IMG/VR virus record: IMGVR_UViG_3300042402_001861
Span: 96,001 to 160,000 of that record
Source: a virus
Direction: 5' to 3' (one strand)
Length of the DNA stretch: 64,000 nucleotides
Position 1 is the first letter of the stretch. Each line of letters opens with the position of its first letter. This document shows, in pieces, positions 27,257 through 36,134 of the stretch. Position numbers and translations under genes: made by a program. The notes beneath the pieces were generated by a model. That model saw nothing but the letters and a program-made list of their open reading frames with translations, was not told where the DNA came from and did not search any database.

Positions 27257-28663
27257 ATGCTGCTACCTCTAGCAACCACCCTGTCGCTTCTCGCCCCTCC
27301 ACAGATTGCCGAAGTTCCGCAAGTGGATACCATGTTCATCCAATGGAAGCAGTCAGCAGACAAGGCACGAATACTTTCCTCGCTTGATGGCATTGAATCC
27401 GTACACCACTACGAGAACATTCCCAACCTTACTTTGGTTGACATGGTTGATGTTTCGTCAATGCAGCAGGCAACATCTAAACTTTCGGGAAATCCAAGCA
27501 TTGAATTCATCGAAGAGGATCGATGGGTCATCGTTGAGAGGCAGACTTTCCCACCACCGAATGATCCCGGCTTCTCTCAATGTTGGGGTCTTCGCAACAC
27601 CGGCTCAAGTGGCGGTCAGGCGGGATGGGACATGAATGCCTTGGGTGCTTGGGATGTAACCACGGGGAATCCTGCCGTCAGAGTGATGATCATCGAAACG
27701 GGAGTGGATGAGACACATGCTGACCTGAACCTAGACCAAGGCAGGGACTTTACCACAGGTGCCGTAAATGGCATCTTGGGTGGGGGGCCAAGCAATCAAT
27801 GTGACAATCATGGCACAGCCGTGGCAGGATGCATCTCCGCAAGGATCAACAACGCATCAGGCACGGTCGGGATCGCTCCCAATTGCAAGGTGGTATCGGC
27901 AAAGGTAGGCATTGCAACTACGCCATGCAGCGGCTCATGGAATGGACAGATCAGTTGGACGGTGAATGCCTTGAATTGGGCAATCGGTGCAGGCATAAAG
28001 GTGACCAACAACAGCAACGATTACGGCACATCCTCCAATGCAATGAGCAGCGCATATTCGGCAGGCCGTGCAGCAGGCATCGTGCATTTTGCAAGTGCAG
28101 GCAACGGAGGAACGGAGGGCATGGGATTCCCCGCAAGATTGAGCAGCGTCAATGCTGTAGGCTCTGCCTCAAGGAATGGAACCAAGTCTTCTTTCTCAAG
28201 TTACGGCAACGGAATTGCATTCGTTGCTCCCGGTCAGTCCATCTATACAACCGACAGAACAGGAAGTGCAGGATACAATTCAACAAATTGGGTTACCATC
28301 GACGGCACATCGTTCTCGTCGCCATATGCAGCCGGTGTCGCTGCCCTGCTGTTTTCCGTAAATCCAACCTTGACTCCCACGCAAGTTGAAAATGCGATGA
28401 AGTCAACAGCCGATGACATGGGAACCGCAGGCTATGACACACTTACGGGATGGGGAATGATCGATGCAGCAAAGGCCGTGCAGGCAGTTGCACCACAGCC
28501 CTGTCCTGCCGACTTGAACGGGGATTCAATCGTAGACGGAAATGATCTTGGAATTTTCCTGAGCCTGTGGGGGCAGTCAAATTCAGCAGCCGATTTCAAC
28601 AATGACAATTTTGTAGATGGAATCGATCTTGGAATTTTGCTAAACGCTTGGGGTGGCTGCTGA
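27257..28663 (+). CDS. S8 subtilase with signal peptide, prodomain and C-terminal dockerin-like repeats
   Basis: IIETG, HGTAVAG, SAGNG, GTSFSSP; CPADLNGDSIVDGNDLGIFLSLWG and ADFNNDNFVDGIDLGILLNAWG. Confidence 0.9.
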   Translation: MLLPLATTLSLLAPPQIAEVPQVDTMFIQWKQSADKARILSSLDGIESVHHYENIPNLTLVDMVDVSSMQQATSKLSGNPSIEFIEEDRWVIVERQTFPPPNDPGFSQCWGLRNTGSSGGQAGWDMNALGAWDVTTGNPAVRVMIIETGVDETHADLNLDQGRDFTTGAVNGILGGGPSNQCDNHGTAVAGCISARINNASGTVGIAPNCKVVSAKVGIATTPCSGSWNGQISWTVNALNWAIGAGIKVTNNSNDYGTSSNAMSSAYSAGRAAGIVHFASAGNGGTEGMGFPARLSSVNAVGSASRNGTKSSFSSYGNGIAFVAPGQSIYTTDRTGSAGYNSTNWVTIDGTSFSSPYAAGVAALLFSVNPTLTPTQVENAMKSTADDMGTAGYDTLTGWGMIDAAKAVQAVAPQPCPADLNGDSIVDGNDLGIFLSLWGQSNSAADFNNDNFVDGIDLGILLNAWGGC

Positions 28664-28680
28664 AAGAAACCGAGAGTGGC

Positions 28681-28708
28681 TTGACTTTGCTGTCCCTGTC
28701 GTTATACT
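28681..28708 (+). promoter_or_regulatory. sigma70-type (middle-like) promoter
   Basis: TTGACT-16-TATACT before gp45. Confidence 0.7.
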
Positions 28709-28735
28709 GTGAGCAACACTTTGGAGAACTACACC

Positions 28736-29443
28736 ATGAAGATCAGCCAAGACACACTCGCAATCCTCAAGAACTTCAGCACGATCAACAGCAATCTGCT
28801 CGTTCGTCCGGGAAACACCCTGACCACGATCAGCCCCACCAAGAACATCCTCGCTGAAGCCACCGTCACCGAGACATTTGATGTTGAGTTTGGAGTTTGG
28901 GATTTGTCCAAGTTCCTCGCCACCATCAGCCTGTTCAAGGATCCCGAGTTTGACTTCAGCGATTCCTATGTGGAGATTTCCTCCACCGGCAGCAAGGCTT
29001 CGGTGAAGTACTACTACAGCGAACCCGAACTGCTCGTCAAGGCCGATAAGAAGTTGAAGATGCCGGGGACTCCCGTGAACTTCACCCTCACGGCCAAGGA
29101 CTACACGGAGTTGCAGAAGGCTGCATCCGTCCTTCAGGCACCTGACCTTGCATTGGAGTCCACCGACGATGACCGCATGGTTCTCCGTGTCTTTGATCGC
29201 AAGGACAGCACAAGCCACTCCTACAGCATCGATGTCGGAGAGAACAAGAGCGGTGCGGCTTTCTCTTTCCTCTTCAAGACCGAGAACCTGAAGATGATTC
29301 CTGGCACCTACGAGGTGGGCATCAGCGAGAAGAAGGTGAGTCAGTTCCGCAACAGCAACGGCATCACCTATTGGATTTCACTAGAGGCAGACAGCGAGTA
29401 CGAGGCTTCCAACAACAAGATCGCCAATGTCGCTTCTCGTTGA
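28736..29443 (+). CDS. gp45: sliding clamp
   Basis: MKISQDTLAILKNFSTINSNL, ENLKMIPGTYEV, YWISLE. Confidence 0.95.
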   Translation: MKISQDTLAILKNFSTINSNLLVRPGNTLTTISPTKNILAEATVTETFDVEFGVWDLSKFLATISLFKDPEFDFSDSYVEISSTGSKASVKYYYSEPELLVKADKKLKMPGTPVNFTLTAKDYTELQKAASVLQAPDLALESTDDDRMVLRVFDRKDSTSHSYSIDVGENKSGAAFSFLFKTENLKMIPGTYEVGISEKKVSQFRNSNGITYWISLEADSEYEASNNKIANVASR

Positions 29444-30356
29444 AAAGTATCGTCCCGCCAAAATTGCCGATTGCGTCCTGCCCAAGAACATCAAGAAGAT
29501 GTTTGAGGATATCGCCAAGACTGGCGACATCCCCAACTTGATTCTCAACGGCGGTGCGGGTTGCGGCAAGACTACGGTAGCCAAGGCACTATGCAACGAA
29601 CTAGGCATCGACTACCTGTTCGTGAATGCTAGTGAGGACAGCGGCATCGATGTGCTGCGGACTCGCATCCGCAACTTTGCATCGACCGTTGCCCTTGGTG
29701 GAGGGAAGAAGGTTGTCATCCTTGATGAGGCTGACTATCTCAATCCGCAGTCCACGCAACCCGCACTCCGTGGGTTCATCGAAGAGTTCGCGGCAAACTG
29801 TCGCTTCATCATGACTTGCAACTTCAAGAGTCGGATCATCGAACCGCTGCACTCCCGCTGCACGATGATCGACTTCAAGATTCCAAGCAAGGAGAAGCCA
29901 ACGCTTGCATCGGAGTTTCTTGAACGGGCGAAGTTCGTGCTTGGCAGCGAGGGGATCGCTTATGACGAGAAGGTGGTTGCCCAACTCATCGTAAAGAACT
30001 TCCCCGATTTCCGCAAGGTTCTCAACCTGATTCAGCGTTATTCTGTGTCGGGTGCGATTGACTCGGGCATCCTGTCTGCATCTACGGACATCACGGTCAA
30101 CTCCCTCATCGAATCGATGAAGAAGAAGGACTTCAATGGCATCCGCAAGTGGGCAGTAGACAACGCCGACAAGGAGATGGCAGGAATTTTCCGCCGTATT
30201 TATGATTCTCTGCAAGACCACATCGACGCTCCATCGATTCCACAGGCCGTGCTGATTCTGTCGGAGTATCAGTACAAGTCTGCGTTCGTCGCGGATCAGG
30301 AAATCAACCTAGTCGCTTGCTGTCTCATGCTTGCTTCCGATTGCACCTTTCGATAA
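29427..30356 (+). CDS. gp44: clamp loader large subunit
   Basis: LVEKYRP, GAGCGKTT, ILDEAD, SRIIEPLHSRC. Confidence 0.96.
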   Translation: MSLLVEKYRPAKIADCVLPKNIKKMFEDIAKTGDIPNLILNGGAGCGKTTVAKALCNELGIDYLFVNASEDSGIDVLRTRIRNFASTVALGGGKKVVILDEADYLNPQSTQPALRGFIEEFAANCRFIMTCNFKSRIIEPLHSRCTMIDFKIPSKEKPTLASEFLERAKFVLGSEGIAYDEKVVAQLIVKNFPDFRKVLNLIQRYSVSGAIDSGILSASTDITVNSLIESMKKKDFNGIRKWAVDNADKEMAGIFRRIYDSLQDHIDAPSIPQAVLILSEYQYKSAFVADQEINLVACCLMLASDCTFR

Positions 30357-30379
30357 ATAGAGAGCGAAGGGAGGTCGGT

Positions 30380-31099
30380 ATGGACAAGAAGATCCCTAGC
30401 CTCAATGACCTGTCGATCAATCTGCACTTGATCAACAAGAAGTACAAGATCAAGGACTTCATCGCGGAGTACCGCGAGGAGATATCCAAGATCAATGATC
30501 TTCTTCGGCAGGAACTCATCACTTCGGATGGTCTGACCAATCCCGTGCAGAAAGTTGTGCAAATCAGCCAAATGCTCACGGAAGAGGAGTTGGATCAGAC
30601 GATAGAAGTAGTGGAGAAGTTGTCTCACAAGTACGACTACACCTCCTACATTGAAGAGTGCGAAACCATTCGCAGAAACTTCATGGTTGACCGCGAGAAC
30701 TACTTTGCGGTGAAGGCAACCAAAAGCCAAGCCAAGATAGTTGATGAAGTGACCACGATCTTTGAATTGACGGGAACCTCGGAGATAATTTTCTCAAAAT
30801 GGATGGACAAGATCCTAGAGAAGATACAGCCCAAGACCCTTGAGATTGACTACGAAGACATCGACGGCAAGCGCAAGAAGGCCAAGGCAAAGCACAAAGT
30901 TGCCTCAATGAGCGATGACTTTGTTGAAGCACCACTCATTGATCGCTATCATGGCATCAATGCATACGACTCGTTCCTACTGCACTCGTTCTTTGATGTG
31001 TATCAGAACAAGTGGATTTACATACCAGTAAAGTTAATCATCTCATTGAGATGCGATGACGATATCGATGACCTTGATGTCGGTGAAGGGAAAAAATGA
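30380..31099 (+). CDS. hypothetical protein inserted between gp44 and gp62
   Basis: TAAATA at 30354-30359, GGAGG RBS. Confidence 0.7.
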   Translation: MDKKIPSLNDLSINLHLINKKYKIKDFIAEYREEISKINDLLRQELITSDGLTNPVQKVVQISQMLTEEELDQTIEVVEKLSHKYDYTSYIEECETIRRNFMVDRENYFAVKATKSQAKIVDEVTTIFELTGTSEIIFSKWMDKILEKIQPKTLEIDYEDIDGKRKKAKAKHKVASMSDDFVEAPLIDRYHGINAYDSFLLHSFFDVYQNKWIYIPVKLIISLRCDDDIDDLDVGEGKK

Positions 31100-31482
31100 A
31101 CCCGTTTGAGTTTGTGAAGAGCATCAACGAAAAGACCGGAAACATCCTTGAGCAGAATTCAGACCTAGAGAAGGCATACACTCCCTTCTTGGTCAACCGT
31201 GGGCTGTCGTTCACTCCCGACACGATCCTCTCTGCCAACGAGATGAATGCCGCTCCATTCCTTGACAAGCGAATGCAGTATGACTATCTGTATTCAACGG
31301 TTCGCAAGAAGAAGCGGTATGCCAAGTGGATCAAGGCAGAGCAGGACGATCTTGAGGATTTGGTGGTCGAACACTTTCAGGTCAGTCGCCGTAGGGCAGC
31401 AGAATATCTTGCCTTGCTGACCGATAGGGACTTGCAGGAAATCAAGGAAAGAAACAACAAGGGCGGAATTCGCAAATCCTGA
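31096..31482 (+). CDS. gp62: clamp loader small subunit
   Basis: MNPFEFVKSIN, PFLVNRGLS, KKKRYAKW. Confidence 0.9.
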   Translation: MNPFEFVKSINEKTGNILEQNSDLEKAYTPFLVNRGLSFTPDTILSANEMNAAPFLDKRMQYDYLYSTVRKKKRYAKWIKAEQDDLEDLVVEHFQVSRRRAAEYLALLTDRDLQEIKERNNKGGIRKS

Positions 31483-31530
31483 AACACGGATTGACTAAAT
31501 ATCTCCTGTATGCCCAACTAGGAGATCGTC

Positions 31531-31938
31531 ATGGATTTGTCAACATTCATTGAGGTGACCCTGCCACAGCAGGAGAACTTCCTAAAGGTCAAGGAAACGC
31601 TTACCCGAATCGGGATTTCGTCCAAGACCGAAAATAAACTCTACCAGTCCTGCCACATTCTCCACAAGAAGGGCAAGTACTACATCGTCCATTTCAAGGA
31701 ATTGTTCATGCTTGACGGAATGCCAACGACATTCCCCGAGAGCGACATTGCCCGACGAAATACCATCGCAAACCTATTGGCCGAGTGGGGCTTGGTCAAA
31801 CTTGTCGAAACTGCCAAGAGCAAGGAACCTGTAGTGCCCGTGTCGTATTTGAAAATTCTGCCTTACGGGGAAAAGAAGGATTGGGAATTGGTTCCCAAGT
31901 ACAACATCGGCAGAAAAAAGTCACCTGACAGCGAGTGA
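31531..31938 (+). CDS. regA: translational repressor RegA
   Basis: FLKVKETLTRIGI, LYQSCHILHKKGKYYIVHFKELF, RRNTIANLL. Confidence 0.96.
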   Translation: MDLSTFIEVTLPQQENFLKVKETLTRIGISSKTENKLYQSCHILHKKGKYYIVHFKELFMLDGMPTTFPESDIARRNTIANLLAEWGLVKLVETAKSKEPVVPVSYLKILPYGEKKDWELVPKYNIGRKKSPDSE

Positions 31939-31942
31939 TTGC

Positions 31943-31971
31943 TTGACGGGGGTTGATTGCTGCGATACAAT
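31943..31971 (+). promoter_or_regulatory. sigma70-type promoter
   Basis: TTGACG-17-TACAAT before dut. Confidence 0.65.
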
Positions 31972-31980
31972 GTCTGAACT

Positions 31981-32532
31981 ATGAACAACGATGAACCAAG
32001 GACGCTTCGTTACCTGAAGTTGCATCCGAAGGTGGCCGATCTCGCTTTGGCCACGCAGGAATCCGCCTGCTTTGACCTTCGGGCATTCTTTCATCCCAAC
32101 CTCAAGAAGATCGATGGCTTTAATGCTGATTCGACTTCCATCTCCTCCCCAATTTCAACGATTGAATGGAAAAAGGCAGACAGTCCAAGAGCGGTAGTCA
32201 TCAATCCCGGCGAGAGAATGATGGTTCCCACGGGGATCATCTTTGACATTCCCAAGGGTTACTCTGTTCGCATCCATGCCCGCTCTGGTCTTGCCCTGAA
32301 GGCGGGTCTTGTGATGGGCAATGCCGAAGGCATCATTGATTCGGACTATACCGATGAGACTAAGATCATCGTGCTGAACATCAGCAACATTCCGATTCGA
32401 ATCAACCACGGTGACCGCATCGCACAGGCCGAGATGGTTCCTGTACTGAACTACAACCTCGTACCCACCACCGAGGACATTGCCCAAAAGACCAACAGAG
32501 CGGGTGGCTTTGGCTCTACCGGAGTTTCATAA
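31981..32532 (+). CDS. dut: trimeric dUTPase
   Basis: ACFDL, ARSGLA, GIIDSDY, RIAQ, RAGGFGSTG. Confidence 0.93.
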   Translation: MNNDEPRTLRYLKLHPKVADLALATQESACFDLRAFFHPNLKKIDGFNADSTSISSPISTIEWKKADSPRAVVINPGERMMVPTGIIFDIPKGYSVRIHARSGLALKAGLVMGNAEGIIDSDYTDETKIIVLNISNIPIRINHGDRIAQAEMVPVLNYNLVPTTEDIAQKTNRAGGFGSTGVS

Positions 32533-33038
32533 TGAACCGAGAAGAACTTCTGAATATGCACTCGACCCTCTGCGATAAGTCACGCAACCTGATGAGAAAG
32601 AAGAATGCTGACTACGCAGGAAAGCATGGTGTGGAGCCGTTTGCCAACTTCACCCGTGTGGAGTCGATGGGCATCTGCAAGACTGAGGCAGGAATGCTCG
32701 TTCGAATGACCGATAAGATGAGCAGACTGTCATCTTTTCTTGAGGCCGGTAAGTTTGAGGTCAAGGATGAGTCCCTTGAGGACACCATTCTTGACATGAT
32801 TAATTATTCGGTACTTCTGTACTCCTACATTTCCGATAAGAAAAAGAGTCAGGAAAATTTCATCTCTGTGGGCGGGAATGCCGATACCAGTAATAGGGAA
32901 CCCCCTGTTTACCTAACGGAGAACCATGAAAATGAAAAGTGCGAGATTGATCCTGTCGGCCCTCCTCATTTACGCAACGGTTGCTGTGGCGGCGGTGCCA
33001 ACCTTTTCACGACACGAACGCCTCTTGCAGGCGATTGA
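32532..33038 (+). CDS. DUF1599-like (nucleotide-modification-associated) protein
   Basis: KKNADYA, FANF, RMTDKMSRL, ESLEDTILDMINY. Confidence 0.7.
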   Translation: MNREELLNMHSTLCDKSRNLMRKKNADYAGKHGVEPFANFTRVESMGICKTEAGMLVRMTDKMSRLSSFLEAGKFEVKDESLEDTILDMINYSVLLYSYISDKKKSQENFISVGGNADTSNREPPVYLTENHENEKCEIDPVGPPHLRNGCCGGGANLFTTRTPLAGD

Positions 33039-33345
33039 GCAAGTTGAGTCGCGAGGAAACGCAAAGGCTGTGGGCGACAATGGACGAGCAATCGGTCCAT
33101 TTCAGATTTGGCGTTCTTACTGGCAGGATGCCGTTGAGCATGACAAGAACATCGGAGGTCGTTACGAGGATTGCTTCGACAAGGAGTATGCCAAGCGAAT
33201 CGTCCTTGCCTATTGGGATCGTTATGCTCCTAAGAATGCAACAGATGAGCAATTGGCTAGGATCCACAACGGTGGCCCGAAAGGCCACCGAAACCCGAAG
33301 ACTCTAGAGTATTGGACAAAGGTAAAGAGAGAACTACTGAAATGA
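32926..33345 (+). CDS. lysozyme-like muramidase (destabilase/SLT-like)
   Basis: signal peptide; AIEQVES, GPFQIW..YWQDA, ARIHNGGP. Confidence 0.75.
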   Translation: MKMKSARLILSALLIYATVAVAAVPTFSRHERLLQAIEQVESRGNAKAVGDNGRAIGPFQIWRSYWQDAVEHDKNIGGRYEDCFDKEYAKRIVLAYWDRYAPKNATDEQLARIHNGGPKGHRNPKTLEYWTKVKRELLK

Positions 33346-33740
33346 CAAACAACCCATTCGGATACTCATACTACTTGGATATGTACAACTGCCGTGCAGG
33401 AGCAGCCGATGACTTGGAACTCACCTACCGATTCCTTGAGCGGGTGGTTGACCGCATCGGCATGACTCGCATGAGTCAGCCCATTGTCATTCATGGGCCT
33501 ACTCATTACGGCAAGGAACTGTATCCACAGAAGGCCGGTGTGAGCGGTTGGGTTCCGCTGATTGAAAGTGGAATTCAGATTCATTCCATGGAACCAACTC
33601 ACTTCATCACTCTTGATGTTTATTCTTGCAACAAGTTCGACAAGAACATCATTCTTGAGTATGCCAAGGAGTGCTTCGATTTCACCGACTTCGAAGAAAA
33701 CTTCTTTGTTCGTGGCAGGGGATACGGCAATATCGTCTGA
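33342..33740 (+). CDS. speD: S-adenosylmethionine decarboxylase proenzyme
   Basis: GVSGWVPLIES.IQIHS, ITLDVYSC. Confidence 0.85.
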   Translation: MTNNPFGYSYYLDMYNCRAGAADDLELTYRFLERVVDRIGMTRMSQPIVIHGPTHYGKELYPQKAGVSGWVPLIESGIQIHSMEPTHFITLDVYSCNKFDKNIILEYAKECFDFTDFEENFFVRGRGYGNIV

Positions 33741-33753
33741 TGCGGGGTGAGGT

Positions 33754-34437
33754 ATGCCGTATAAAGACAAAGAAAAGGCGAAGGCTGCTGCAAAGGCAAG
33801 ATACCTTGCAAACAGAGATAAGAAAATTGCACAAGCAAAAGCATGGGCAGAAGCCCATCGTGAACAGGTAAGAGAAAATCATAGAAGATGGCAGAAAGAA
33901 AACAGGAATCGGGTTAACAGATCAAAGAGGAAATACGAATCAAAAGATCCCCAAAAATGGAAGAAGTGGAGAAATAAATGGAGAAAAGATTGGTGGAGAA
34001 ACAATCCCGAACAAGCAGCGGAGTTGTGTAGAAGAAAGAAATATCGGAAAACCCAAAGTTTAGTGCCACTTACAGTTAAAGAAATACAAGCAGTTCTTTT
34101 ACTAGAGCGAACACGAAAGCAACTTCAAAAAAAGACAGGGCAAACCTACCACATAGATCACATTCTGCCGATTATTCACGGCGGCATTCATCACCCCGTC
34201 AATTTGAGAATACTTCATGCGAGTTACAATTGTTCAAAACGACATAAACTTCTTCCCGAAGCGATTGATCTTGCACATGAACACTATAAGTTGTACTATG
34301 AGCGGATCGGTACTGAAAGAGCAGAGGAGTTCGTGAAGCAACTCGCAAAAGCCATTGGGCTGAACGAGATAGACCCGAAGAGAGGCGTTTTGTCTTCCCT
34401 TCCAAAAAGAGTAACACTAGAGGATTTAATGGAATGA
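33754..34437 (+). mobile_element. free-standing HNH homing endonuclease
   Basis: HIDHILP..HGG.HHPVNL.IL...YNCSK; AT-rich, Lys/Arg-rich. Confidence 0.8.
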
Positions 34438-34649
34438 ACACGCATCGGATCATCCAAGGTGACTGCATCAAGGGCATGGCAACATTGCCCGAAGGATGCA
34501 TTAATACTTGCATCACATCTCCTCCCTATTTTGGCCTGCGTTCATATTTGCCCGATGGTGTAAAACTCCGAGAGGATTTGACACCCGAACAGGTGGAGTA
34601 TGTGTTAACTGAATTAAAAAATAGAGGTATTGACCATATTTCGGAGTGA
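34434..34649 (+). CDS. DNA amino-methyltransferase, N-terminal fragment
   Basis: IIQGDC..CITSPPYFGLRSY then stop. Confidence 0.8.
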   Translation: MNTHRIIQGDCIKGMATLPEGCINTCITSPPYFGLRSYLPDGVKLREDLTPEQVEYVLTELKNRGIDHISE

Positions 34650-34677
34650 TCTTCCATATATAGTATGGAGAAACTAT

Positions 34678-35244
34678 ATGGGTCAAAAAAGAAAACCTGA
34701 TGGAACATTTGAGAAAAACAGCCATTGGAGAACCCCCAATAAACTGTGGGACAAACAATGGCTTGAAGAACAATATTTGTCAAAGCAGCGATCCATGCAA
34801 GACATAGCATCCGAAATGGGTGTATCAGAACCTGCTGTTCGTCATTGGATCAAAAAGCATCAAATACCATCACGAAAAATATCCGAAGCAAGAGCAATCA
34901 AATATTGGGGTTCGTTTGGAGCGGACAATCCAATGTGGAACCGTAAAGGTGAACTAAATCCGAACTGGAAAGGTGGGGTAACACCAGAAAGACAGGCATT
35001 CTATACGAGCAAGGAATGGAAGACTGCCTGTAGAACTGTTTGGAATCGTGATGGTGCGTGTTGTAGAAGATGTGGATTGCATAAATGCGAAGCAGAAGAT
35101 GTTCCTTTTCACATCCACCACATAAGACCATTTAGTGAATCGATTGAGTTAAGAACAGATGTCAACAATCTTGCTTTGGTTTGTGAAATATGTCACCATT
35201 GGATACACTCAAAACAAAACACACAGAAAGAGTTTTTGGTATGA
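34678..35244 (+). mobile_element. HNH endonuclease inserted in the MTase gene
   Basis: N-terminal HTH, CRRC..HIHHIRPF..NNLALVCEICH; GGAG RBS. Confidence 0.85.
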
Positions 35245-36134
35245 TCTATAAGAAGTCTGACATCCCCGATGATCTCATGAAGTTTTTTGAACCCGCCGAG
35301 ATAGGGCAGGAGGACACCGTTGAGGGATATGTAAAGAAAATGGTTGAAGTCTTCCGTGGGGTTCGTCGCATTCTTCGTGATGATGGAACTTTGTGGCTCA
35401 ATTTGGGGGACTCTTACATGTCGGCTACTTGCGTTCCTCCTCCACAGACGGTGGCAAATGGCAACAATCGTGGGATGCCAACCGACTCCATCCCTGCCAA
35501 TCGACAGAAGCAGAACGGTCTGAAGCAGAAGGACTTGATCGGCATTCCTTGGCGGGTGGCACTTGCTCTTCAGGCGGATGGTTGGTATCTCCGTCAGGAC
35601 ATTATCTGGCACAAGCCAAACCCGATGCCCGAAAGCGTGGAAGACCGTTGCACCAAGGCACACGAATATATCTTCTTGCTGTCCAAGAAGCCAAAGTATT
35701 ATTATGACCACAATGCAATCAAGGAACCACACAAGTGGAGTCATGTTGGGGAAATGCGTAAAGGCAAGGAAAGTAAAAATGGAGGAAGCATCGAAGAACC
35801 CATAAAGGGCAGAGGAAACACCACCGGCAGTTTCAGAGCCTTTGGGGAAGGCGGCAAGAACAAGCGTTCTGTTTGGACTGTCACCACCAAGCCTTTCCGT
35901 GGGGCACATTTTGCAACTTTCCCAAAAGAACTTATCGAACCTTGTGTCTTGGCAGGATGCCCCAAGGGAGGAACGGTATTCGATCCCTTCACGGGCAGCG
36001 GCACAACGGCGGTAGTTGCATTGAACAACGAAAGGAACTATATTGGTACGGAACTGAATCCCGACTACATCGCCCTTGCAGAGGGCCGCATTCGGGATGA
36101 GGTGACTGCCAGCCTTTCGGAGTTCCTTGCTTGA
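35241..36134 (+). CDS. DNA amino-methyltransferase, C-terminal fragment
   Basis: EIGQE, GTLWLNLGDSY, IIWHKPNPMPES, HFATFP, DPFTGSGTT. Confidence 0.88.
   Translation: MIYKKSDIPDDLMKFFEPAEIGQEDTVEGYVKKMVEVFRGVRRILRDDGTLWLNLGDSYMSATCVPPPQTVANGNNRGMPTDSIPANRQKQNGLKQKDLIGIPWRVALALQADGWYLRQDIIWHKPNPMPESVEDRCTKAHEYIFLLSKKPKYYYDHNAIKEPHKWSHVGEMRKGKESKNGGSIEEPIKGRGNTTGSFRAFGEGGKNKRSVWTVTTKPFRGAHFATFPKELIEPCVLAGCPKGGTVFDPFTGSGTTAVVALNNERNYIGTELNPDYIALAEGRIRDEVTASLSEFLA

Noticed and set aside
34600-35260. Group I intron or intein in the methyltransferase
   Set aside because: The HNH is out of frame (not an intein) and fills nearly all the intervening DNA; I saw no P-Q-R-S core. Retained only as the alternative to test.
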